In this document: in pieces, positions 17,597-25,666 of the stretch
Numbering within the stretch: the first letter of the stretch is position 1
How the letters are laid out: each line of letters opens with the position of its first letter
From: Candidatus Iainarchaeum sp.
GTDB taxonomy: Archaea; Iainarchaeota; Iainarchaeia; Iainarchaeales; 0-14-0-20-30-16
Reading direction: 5' to 3'
DNA: 32,000 nt
NCBI GenBank assembly: GCA_028710695.1
Contig: JAQTTP010000007.1
Coordinates: 15,357-47,356, forward strand
Notes under the pieces: model-generated
Seen by the model: the letters and a program-made list of their open reading frames with translations, nothing else
What the model was told of the DNA's origin: nothing
Databases searched by the model: none
Made by a program: the position numbers and the translations under genes

Positions 17597-18370
17597 TCAC
17601 CTTGCATATTTAGATCTTAAGTAAACCATTTTATAAACAAACAATGTTCTTTGCTTTTCATCTTTGTATTTTAAATCATACAAATCATAAACCTTGCCCC
17701 AGAAATCTTTAAACTCTTCTTCAGTCATAAACCCAAGGGTTGGCATAATACCCTGATAATCTTGCCCCATTACTTTCATTAATTCATCAATATCTTTCCA
17801 CTTTCTTTCTTGAACATGTATTCTCGCTGGCCCACATTCTTCAGAAACATAAGTAGAAATATCTCCAAAATCTTTGGCAGCGGAAAAATCAATTATACTA
17901 ATTCTATTAGTTTGCGGATCATAGACTATATTTCCAGAATGCAGATGCCCGTGCCTTATTCCTGCATTATGAAGCTTTGCTAAATATCCTGGCAACTCAT
18001 CTCTAACCAAATTTAAAGCACTCCAAAACTGCTTGCCAAAAGCCATTACGGACATATCTTTTATTGCAATCCCCGCACTTTTAAAAATATGAAACTTATC
18101 ACGCAAGGATTCTGGGATTTCATAGCCCGCAAACAGATCAGTAGAAACTTCTTCAGTAGGAATACCCAAAGCCTTAACTTTTGCCCTAATTTTTTCTTCC
18201 TGTGGCAAAACAAATCTACCAAATAATATTTTGCCATTATTTAAATGAATTCTTACTGTTCTTTTTGCTCTTGCCATCTGTGCAAAATCTCTTTGTTCAA
18301 AATTATGCCTAAGGTCTCTTCCTTCAAGAATCGCTCTCTGCACATCAGAAATAGTTTTTCTGTATGCCAT
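17597..18370 (-). CDS. protein kinase-like fold protein with altered catalytic loop
   Basis: LPGYLAKLHNAGIRHGHLHSGNIVYDPQTNRISIIDFSAAKDFG matches the kinase catalytic loop and DFG region of Kdo/RIO/APH-like kinases. Confidence 0.7.
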   Translation of the reverse strand: MAYRKTISDVQRAILEGRDLRHNFEQRDFAQMARAKRTVRIHLNNGKILFGRFVLPQEEKIRAKVKALGIPTEEVSTDLFAGYEIPESLRDKFHIFKSAGIAIKDMSVMAFGKQFWSALNLVRDELPGYLAKLHNAGIRHGHLHSGNIVYDPQTNRISIIDFSAAKDFGDISTYVSEECGPARIHVQERKWKDIDELMKVMGQDYQGIMPTLGFMTEEEFKDFWGKVYDLYDLKYKDEKQRTLFVYKMVYLRSKYAR

Positions 18371-18494
18371 TGGCTTACAGGCTCAGTATGTATTACTCTT
18401 GGTCTATTAGGCATAATAAAGAAAAGAAGAACTTATTTTTAAACCTTTATTAAGCATAAACAAATTTTATATTACTTGTTATCTTTATTTTAAT

Positions 18495-18995
18495 ATGATT
18501 GTAAAAATTAGAAAGCCCAAATTAAGCGATGCTAAACCACTACAAGAACTAATTAATGACAAAACTGTTTTGAAACAAATTTCTGGATACCCATATCCTT
18601 GCCCATTAAGCAGAATGAAGAAAGATGTAAGAGATGGAATCAAAGGTTGGGAAACAGGCAAATCTTATTCATTCACAATACTTGCTGACAACGAAACAGC
18701 AGGAAGCATAATTTTAGAAAATCCAAACAAAGACAATGGCTGTTATGATCTTGGATTTTTTGTTGGAAGAAAATTTTGGAATAAAGGCATTGCAACTGAG
18801 GCTATAAGGCAAATTATCAAATTTGGGTTTAAGGACCTAAAGTTGTATAGAATACAGGCAGATAATGATTCTGATAATCCGGCATCAGGAAAAACAATGA
18901 AAAAAGCAGGTCTTAAATTAGAAGGCATTCGAAAAAAGTACCTGAAAAAGAACAATAAATACATTGATTTACAATTCTGGGGCATTACCAAGTAG
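18495..18995 (+). CDS. GNAT-family N-acetyltransferase (RimJ/RimL-like)
   Basis: YDLGFFVGRKFWNKGIATEAIRQIIKFGFKDLKLYRIQADNDSDNPASGKTMKKAGLKLEG. Confidence 0.92.
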   Translation: MIVKIRKPKLSDAKPLQELINDKTVLKQISGYPYPCPLSRMKKDVRDGIKGWETGKSYSFTILADNETAGSIILENPNKDNGCYDLGFFVGRKFWNKGIATEAIRQIIKFGFKDLKLYRIQADNDSDNPASGKTMKKAGLKLEGIRKKYLKKNNKYIDLQFWGITK

Positions 18996-19063
18996 CCCCA
19001 CCCTATAGCTACAAACTTTAAAATCCTTCTTATAATATATAATATAGATCTAGAGGTTATCTT

Positions 19064-20218
19064 ATGCCAACGAATGTACACCCAGAGTTCATAGCTGCAC
19101 AGGCACAATACGATAATGCACAAACAGATGATGAGAAACTAAAAGCCCTGGAAGCAATGAAATCTACCTGGCCAACTCACAAAGGAGCAGAGAAACTAAG
19201 AGCAGAGATTGCTGGAAAAATCAAAAAAATGAAAGAGAAAATAAAAACTCTTAAAAGCTCAAAAAAAACTACCACTACTGCTTATAATATTAAAAAAGAT
19301 GGAGCAGCACAAGTAGTAATTGCTGGAAAAACTAATTCTGGGAAAAGCACTCTACTTTCAAAGCTTACAAATGCAACTCCAACTATTGCACATTATGAAT
19401 TCACTACAGATGAACCAGAAATTGGAATGATAAAATATGAAGACGAAAATATCCAACTTGTAGAACTACCTGCAATAATACCTGGAACCTCAGAAGGAAA
19501 AGCAAGAGGAAGAGAAAAGCTCGGAATAATTAGAAACGCAGACCTGTTATTAATTACAATGAAGATTTCAAAGATAGAAAATTTTGAAAAAGAATTTAAT
19601 TTTATTTATGAGGAATTAAAAAAAGGAAAAATACTTCCAGTAGGAAGTGAAAAAAGAGTTTTATTAACAAGAACAAACAAAAAGGTTTCATTTGAAGGTT
19701 TAGAAAAAGTTTCTGGAGAAGAAGAAGATAAAACCGCCACAATAAATTACATTAAAAGGCACTACAATAACTTGCACATAAAAATTTTAGAAACAATTAA
19801 CACACAAACATTGATTGAAATATTAAATACAAGATATATTCCAACAGTTTTATTTGTAAGAGGAGAAGATATAAAACATTTCGAGGTAAAGAACTACCAG
19901 CACATAAAAGCAATTTTAATAAATGATTTTTATCTTCTTGAAAATGAACAAATTGAGAAAATAAAGAAAATAATAATTGAAGACACAGGAAAAATAGTTG
20001 TTTATACAAGAAAGCCAGGGGAAGATACAAAGCAATTATTAATAATTGACAAAGATTCAGTTATTGGAGATGTTTGCCACAGATTGCACAAAGATATTGC
20101 AAAAAACTTCAAATTTGCAAAAATTTGGGGCAGTAAAGTAAAATTCCCTGGACAAATTGCATCCAAGGAATATATTCTTAATAATAATGATATTATTGAA
20201 ATATATAGTAAAAAATGA
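19064..20218 (+). CDS. TGS-domain GTPase of the OBG/DRG family
   Basis: VVIAGKTNSGKSTLLSKLTNATPTIAHYEFTTDEPEIGMIKYEDENIQLVELPAIIPG; C-terminal TGS-like CHRLHKDIAKNFKFAKIWGSKVKFPGQIASKEYILNNNDIIEIY. Confidence 0.9.
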   Translation: MPTNVHPEFIAAQAQYDNAQTDDEKLKALEAMKSTWPTHKGAEKLRAEIAGKIKKMKEKIKTLKSSKKTTTTAYNIKKDGAAQVVIAGKTNSGKSTLLSKLTNATPTIAHYEFTTDEPEIGMIKYEDENIQLVELPAIIPGTSEGKARGREKLGIIRNADLLLITMKISKIENFEKEFNFIYEELKKGKILPVGSEKRVLLTRTNKKVSFEGLEKVSGEEEDKTATINYIKRHYNNLHIKILETINTQTLIEILNTRYIPTVLFVRGEDIKHFEVKNYQHIKAILINDFYLLENEQIEKIKKIIIEDTGKIVVYTRKPGEDTKQLLIIDKDSVIGDVCHRLHKDIAKNFKFAKIWGSKVKFPGQIASKEYILNNNDIIEIYSKK

Positions 20219-20238
20219 TTTTTCTTCGAAGTGATTCC

Positions 20239-21405
20239 ATGAGGTTTAGCACAATATATTTAGATAATGCTGCAACTACAAGACTTGATGACAAAGTCTT
20301 AGAAGAAATGATTCCGTATTATACAAAACATTATGGAAATGCATCATCCTTACATTCGTATGGATATGACGCAAAAGAAGCAATGGACGAATCCAGAGAA
20401 ACAATCTCGAAAATATTACATTCTGATTTTGAAGATATTATTTTTACAGCATCAGGAAGCGAAGCAAACAACATGGCAATAAAAGGATTATCTTTTTCAG
20501 AACCAAATAAAAAGCACATAATAACAACAAAGATAGAACACAAATCAATAACAAACCAGCTAGATTGGCTAGAAACAAGAGGATATAGATCAACATATCT
20601 AGATGTTGACAAAGAAGGATTTGTAAATTTAGAACAATTAGAAAAGTCTTTAGAAAAAACCAAAGACACATTATTAGTTTCAATAATACACGGAAATAAC
20701 GAAGTTGGAACTTTACAAGATTTAGAAAAGATCGGAAAAATTTGTAAGAAATACAATGTTCCATTTCACATAGATGCTTGCCAAAGTTTTACAAAGTCAA
20801 CAATTGATGTTAAAAAAATGAATATCTCTTTAGCAAGTATAAATGCACACAAGATTCATGGCCCAAAAGGAATTGGGGCATTATATATTTCAAAAGAGGT
20901 AAAATTAACTCCACTAATACACGGGGGGCAGCAAGAATTCAAAAAAAGAGCCGCAACAGAAAATATTCCCGGAATCGTTGGATTTGCAAAAGCAGCAGAA
21001 ATAAATAATTCAAGTAAGATCTCAAAACAAGTAACAAAATTAAGAGATGATTTAATTAAAGGGCTAGAAAAAATTGTTGATTCTAAATTAAATGGCCCAA
21101 AAGGAGAAAAAAGATTATACAACAATGTTAATTTCTCTTTCAAAGGAATTGAGGGCGAAGCATTAGGTGGATATCTAGATCAAAAAAGTATCTGTACTTC
21201 AACAGGAAGTGCCTGTTCTTCAAAATCTTTAGAGCCAAGCCCTGTTCTAAGAGCAATGGGATTAGATTACGAAGATGCAAATAGTTCCTTAAGAATGAGC
21301 GTAAGTAAATATAATACTGAAGAAGAAATTGATTACACAATAAAAGCAACAGAAGAAATTGTCCAAAAATTACGAAAAATATCTCCGATATATAAAAGAA
21401 AATAG
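20239..21405 (+). CDS. cysteine desulfurase (NifS/IscS family)
   Basis: TIYLDNAATTRLDDKVLEEMIPY, HGNNEVGTLQDLE, ASINAHKIHGPKGIGALYI, STGSACSSKSLEPSPVLRAMG. Track ORF starts 20215; ATG 20239 fits family start better. Confidence 0.95.
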   Translation: MRFSTIYLDNAATTRLDDKVLEEMIPYYTKHYGNASSLHSYGYDAKEAMDESRETISKILHSDFEDIIFTASGSEANNMAIKGLSFSEPNKKHIITTKIEHKSITNQLDWLETRGYRSTYLDVDKEGFVNLEQLEKSLEKTKDTLLVSIIHGNNEVGTLQDLEKIGKICKKYNVPFHIDACQSFTKSTIDVKKMNISLASINAHKIHGPKGIGALYISKEVKLTPLIHGGQQEFKKRAATENIPGIVGFAKAAEINNSSKISKQVTKLRDDLIKGLEKIVDSKLNGPKGEKRLYNNVNFSFKGIEGEALGGYLDQKSICTSTGSACSSKSLEPSPVLRAMGLDYEDANSSLRMSVSKYNTEEEIDYTIKATEEIVQKLRKISPIYKRK

Positions 21406-21413
21406 GTGCAGAC

Positions 21414-22052
21414 ATGTATTCAAAAGAAGTTCTAAAGAGATTCAAGAATCCAAAACACGCAGGAGAAATAAAAAACCCAGACATCAGTGCAGAAGTCGGG
21501 AACATTAGGTGTGGCGATGTAATTAAAGTATCTTTAAAAGTTGAGAAAGACAAAATAAAGGATGTCAAATTCATGACATATGGTTGTGTGTCAGCAATAG
21601 CAGCATCAGATATGCTTTGTGAACTAGCAAAAGGAAAGACACTTAAAGAGGCACAGAAGATAAAATTTAAAGACGTTTTAGAAAAGCTAGAAGGCTTGCC
21701 ACCGATAAAATACCATTGTAGTGTAATGGCAGTAGAAGCATTACAAAAAGCAATAAAAGAGTATTTGAAGAAGGCAAAAGAGAGCAAAATAAAAGATAAA
21801 CCAAAAGACAAATCACAACAAAACAAAGAAAAAACAGGAAAGACTTTGGCACCTACAAAAAAAGCCACAGAAAAAACAACATTAGCAAAGCTTCCACAAG
21901 ATGTAAAGACACAAAAGATCTTAGCAAAACATGGAGTTCCATGTATTTCTTGCCCACATGTTGGATATGAGCAAGAGTCTTTAACTTTGGGCTTTATCGC
22001 AAAAGCATATGGAATAGATCTAAAGAAGCTCTTGAAGGATTTGAATAAGTAA
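21414..22052 (+). CDS. IscU/NifU-type Fe-S scaffold with basic linker and C-terminal DUF1858-like segment
   Basis: MYSKEVLKRFKNPKHAG, GNIRCGD, TYGCVSAIAASDM, LPPIKYHCSVMAVEAL; C-term ILAKHGVPCISCPHVGYEQESLTLGFIAKAYGIDLKKLLKDLN. Confidence 0.9.
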   Translation: MYSKEVLKRFKNPKHAGEIKNPDISAEVGNIRCGDVIKVSLKVEKDKIKDVKFMTYGCVSAIAASDMLCELAKGKTLKEAQKIKFKDVLEKLEGLPPIKYHCSVMAVEALQKAIKEYLKKAKESKIKDKPKDKSQQNKEKTGKTLAPTKKATEKTTLAKLPQDVKTQKILAKHGVPCISCPHVGYEQESLTLGFIAKAYGIDLKKLLKDLNK

Positions 22053-22090
22053 TAAATAGTTTTGTGAATATATTTAATAGGGGGATAAAT

Positions 22091-23266
22091 ATGAAAAAAA
22101 TGATATTAGTAAGCATTATACTTGCAGTTTTATTTATTGGTGTGTTTGCTTTAGGTAACTATATTGGGCAAACAGACAATGCCGGTTTGTTCACTTTAAC
22201 AAACATAATGGTAACCGCAAAATCTACACCTGCGGGAGATAATATGACATACAAACTGGGCGGATCAACTTACGAAGACTATACTACTGAAAAACTTTCT
22301 TTGTCACAAACAAATAATACAAGTGATGGTCTTTTCAACAACTTTACTGGTAGCGTTAAAAAAAATAAGCTAACATATAGTTTAAATTTTTATACTGGAA
22401 TTAATTTTAGCAAATCAGATAGTAATATTTCTGAAACTTGGACTGACAAAGGAACAAAAGATGTTGTAAAAATTCCTTTTATGGGAAAAACATATAATAT
22501 AGATAAAGTTACTTTTTCAGGAACAAAAATACAAAGTTTAGAATTACTAGATTCCACTACAGTAAAATCTTATTCCATTGGAGACAAGATTGAAAACTTA
22601 ATTGGAAAAAACGGAAAAGAGTATTATGCAGTTGTTACTGCTGTAAGTCAAAATGACACAGTAAAGATATCTTTATATGACTTAAATGGAAATACAGTAG
22701 AAAAAAACGTGGCTGTTGCAATAAATGAATATTTCGGTGAAAGTTCCCTAACAACAAAAGTAAAAATTCAAAATATTTCAAATACTGGAACCACAGATAA
22801 TCCAAAATATACAATAGAAATTATAATTGGAAATGTGGTAACCATCTCTGAAGGAAAAGAAATTCCAAATTTACTATCTGACTTAAGCTATAATTTATTC
22901 GATATAATCCCAAACTTATTAGGCATAGATGGAAAAGAATATTATGCAATAATCGAAGGTGTCAATGCAGATCAAACTGGAATAGTTGTTACATTATACA
23001 AAGACGTTAACAATCCATTGCCAGATTATACACAGATAAAGGAACCATTAAATGAAAAACTCGCAAAAGATTTCCTAAAAACAAGCATCAAAGTAACAAA
23101 AATACTTAATATCGGTTCTGTTGATTACCCGGAATGGGACATACAAGTTAGTACTGATGCACCATGTTGGAAAGTATCTGGAATTACAGAGACAAACAAG
23201 ACAACTTTAAAAAGTATAACTTTAGTTAACACCTGTGACTTTACATATTCTTTCATGGGCAATTAG
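22091..23266 (+). CDS. secreted/S-layer-like protein with two internal repeats
   Basis: Preceded by AGGGGGA Shine-Dalgarno-like sequence; signal MKKMILVSIILAVLFIGVFALG; IPFMGKTYNIDKV resembles archaeal S-layer-type domains; duplicated NL[IL]G..GKEYYA segments. Confidence 0.55.
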   Translation: MKKMILVSIILAVLFIGVFALGNYIGQTDNAGLFTLTNIMVTAKSTPAGDNMTYKLGGSTYEDYTTEKLSLSQTNNTSDGLFNNFTGSVKKNKLTYSLNFYTGINFSKSDSNISETWTDKGTKDVVKIPFMGKTYNIDKVTFSGTKIQSLELLDSTTVKSYSIGDKIENLIGKNGKEYYAVVTAVSQNDTVKISLYDLNGNTVEKNVAVAINEYFGESSLTTKVKIQNISNTGTTDNPKYTIEIIIGNVVTISEGKEIPNLLSDLSYNLFDIIPNLLGIDGKEYYAIIEGVNADQTGIVVTLYKDVNNPLPDYTQIKEPLNEKLAKDFLKTSIKVTKILNIGSVDYPEWDIQVSTDAPCWKVSGITETNKTTLKSITLVNTCDFTYSFMGN

Positions 23267-23332
23267 CCCTCTTTTTTTATTTTTTATTTGCCATATAATG
23301 GATTTAAATACAACTTATCCTCATTCTATATT

Positions 23333-23818
23333 ATGCCAAAAAAGATTAGAAGACAAAAACCAAAAGAAGAAAGAAAACCCAAACAACATGAACTTACTCT
23401 TAAAACCCCGCAAGAAAGGCATATGCACTTAGTTCAACTAGCCACACAATCTGAAAAAGTGATACTTGAAACACAAAGACTACATCCCAAATTAGATGCG
23501 GCCACAAGAATAATTGAACAAAGAGTTAGAAGTAGATTGCCTGTTTCAAAAGATCACGCACTTGGCTGGCTAAAACAAAAGAAAGAGTTCTTACAAAACA
23601 GCATAAAATATTGGTTAATTGAACATGAAATTGTAGAAACTGGATTTCATACAGAAGAAGAAAAAGTACAATTAAAGTCACATATTGAATCAGCAATCCA
23701 AAGACGACAACAATATCTAAAATTAGTTGAATCTGCAAAACAAAGAATTAACAAAGGTGAAAACCCGAATATAGTTTTATTTGACATGCAAGCAGAATTA
23801 GATTCATCAAGAAACTAA
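23333..23818 (+). CDS. hypothetical basic helical protein
   Basis: MPKKIRRQKPKEERKPKQHELTLKTPQERHMHLVQ...; upstream codons of track ORF 23288 appear non-coding. Confidence 0.45.
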   Translation: MPKKIRRQKPKEERKPKQHELTLKTPQERHMHLVQLATQSEKVILETQRLHPKLDAATRIIEQRVRSRLPVSKDHALGWLKQKKEFLQNSIKYWLIEHEIVETGFHTEEEKVQLKSHIESAIQRRQQYLKLVESAKQRINKGENPNIVLFDMQAELDSSRN

Positions 23819-23819
23819 A

Positions 23820-25157
23820 CTATAGTTTAAATTCTTCTTCTTTACTATCTTCCTCGCCTTCAGGGTTTTCTTTAGAGGCATACTTCTTAAAGATCTTGTA
23901 AGCAATTATTAACACAAACACACCAATAAGAACATACAAAACATAGTACCAAGTTTGGCTAGTGGAATCTGCAGTGTCATCTACCACAACTTCTTTTTTA
24001 CCGTTTGCATAGATTGCTAAAGCCTTTTCTTGTAAAATATCCAATAGATCTTTTGCTTCAGAATATTTTCCTGCTTTTATTTTTGCATAAAAGTCCTGCT
24101 TTTTGCTTTCCAAAGTTGTTGACTCGGGATTATTCCACAAAGATTTTGTGGAAATTATTTCAGAAACTAAAGAGTCCAATGTGCTTTTCTTTGTTTTATT
24201 TTTTATTTCTTTGTTTTCTAAGAAATAAGCTTGGAATATCAAAGCCCTTATTTTTCTTTGATCCCAATTATAAGTTAAGTTTTCAATTAAATTTTTACTT
24301 ACTGAAGAATTATATGCTTTCTGAACATTAGAATAAGAAGAATCAATTACCTCTTTCTTTGAACTTATTGTCTGCAATTGTGGAGAAAATTCCAAAAGAC
24401 CTAGCAAAATTTGCTTTTTTGAAACATCTATGTTCAAATCAACAACAGAATTCTTAAGTGATTTTAATTCGGAATCTAAAGATGAATATTCAGAAACAAT
24501 TTCTGTGGTAAAGATCGATAGATTTGAAGCATTAGCATTCATTTCCTCATTAATACTTCCTGGAATTTCTTTCTTTAAATCAATCAAATTATTTTCAAGC
24601 TTTTGTGAGTTATCTTTTGCATTAGTTGCACTCTGCTTTATAGCAGATATTTCCACTTTTGCATCAGAAACATTTTTCAAAATAGAGCTTTGGGTTACAT
24701 TCTCATCTGTCAAACTATTTACAAACATATCTAGATTATAATTCATTGTTTCAAGTTCAGTAGACAGATTCAAAAAATAGTTTGTCAAGGTAGAAGAATA
24801 ATATAGTTCCTTTCCACCAAGATAGTCCACAAAAATCTTTGATTTTATTACATTCTCATAGTAATTGTCAGTAACAAGAGTATCTGGTTTTTTGTCATCA
24901 ATAACAATATAATCAGCATAACTGCTGGTTAAGGAAATTACTGATACAACCCAATATCCAGATTCTCCAATTTTTACAAAAGAATTCCCACTTAAAATAA
25001 TCTCATCATCATAACCTTCAAAACCACTTGTCTTTAGCAAATAAGAATCATAAACTTTTTGTTTAACTCCCGCAATATCTAAAGAAAATGAGAAAGAAAT
25101 AAACAGGAAAAATAAAAAAACAAATAGCACTTTATATCCTGCTTTCATGGCTTTCAC
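23820..25157 (-). CDS. hypothetical exported protein with coiled-coil ectodomain and C-terminal TM anchor
   Basis: Signal peptide KAGYKVLFVFLFFLFISFSFS; Asn/Ser-rich coiled-coil middle; C-terminal TWYYVLYVLIGVFVLIIAYKIFKKYASKENPEGEEDSKEEEFKL. Confidence 0.65.
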   Translation of the reverse strand: MKAMKAGYKVLFVFLFFLFISFSFSLDIAGVKQKVYDSYLLKTSGFEGYDDEIILSGNSFVKIGESGYWVVSVISLTSSYADYIVIDDKKPDTLVTDNYYENVIKSKIFVDYLGGKELYYSSTLTNYFLNLSTELETMNYNLDMFVNSLTDENVTQSSILKNVSDAKVEISAIKQSATNAKDNSQKLENNLIDLKKEIPGSINEEMNANASNLSIFTTEIVSEYSSLDSELKSLKNSVVDLNIDVSKKQILLGLLEFSPQLQTISSKKEVIDSSYSNVQKAYNSSVSKNLIENLTYNWDQRKIRALIFQAYFLENKEIKNKTKKSTLDSLVSEIISTKSLWNNPESTTLESKKQDFYAKIKAGKYSEAKDLLDILQEKALAIYANGKKEVVVDDTADSTSQTWYYVLYVLIGVFVLIIAYKIFKKYASKENPEGEEDSKEEEFKL

Positions 25158-25564
25158 TTTTTATTAAGCATATCTTTAAGTTGTTGGTAGGTAACAAATT
25201 CCAAAGGATTTATTGTATCTATTATATACTTTAATTCCTGAAGCTCTTCTTTTGTAACAAAAACTTCTTTCAAGTTGTCCATAGATGCTCTTAGAGATTC
25301 AATTTCTTGCCTTATGCTTTTTTGTTTGTCATATAATTCAACAACTTGAACATTTATTTCTTCTAATTGGCCTGAATCCGCGGAAGATCCGCCCGCAACA
25401 ACAGACTTTTCTGCAACCTTGTTTATTTTTTCATTAAGAATTAGTATATTTTTACTCAGAATCTTTTCGTTTCTAACCAAATAAGCCATTTTCTGAGAAA
25501 GAAGCATAACCGTAGTGTTCAGCGCCTTAAGTTCTGCACTATTTCCTTGAGTTTGCTCAACCAT
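25154..25564 (-). CDS. hypothetical small coiled-coil protein, translationally coupled to downstream gene
   Basis: Heptad-like VVAGGSSADSGQLEEINVQVVELYDKQKSIRQEIESLRASMDNLKEVFVTKEELQELK; ATGA overlap with the 25157 start. Confidence 0.6.
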   Translation of the reverse strand: MVEQTQGNSAELKALNTTVMLLSQKMAYLVRNEKILSKNILILNEKINKVAEKSVVAGGSSADSGQLEEINVQVVELYDKQKSIRQEIESLRASMDNLKEVFVTKEELQELKYIIDTINPLEFVTYQQLKDMLNKK

Positions 25565-25666
25565 AACTATTCCCCTACCTTAATCCCATATATGTAAACA
25601 CCCGAATATATATAAATATATTATTATACCCTGTAATTCATATAGAACAGACTAGAAGGCATCTCT

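Noticed and set aside
20331-21868. Minus ORFs opposite iscS/iscU (20331, 20444, 20856, 21140)
   Set aside because: Antisense to conserved NifS/IscU coding sequence; no independent support.
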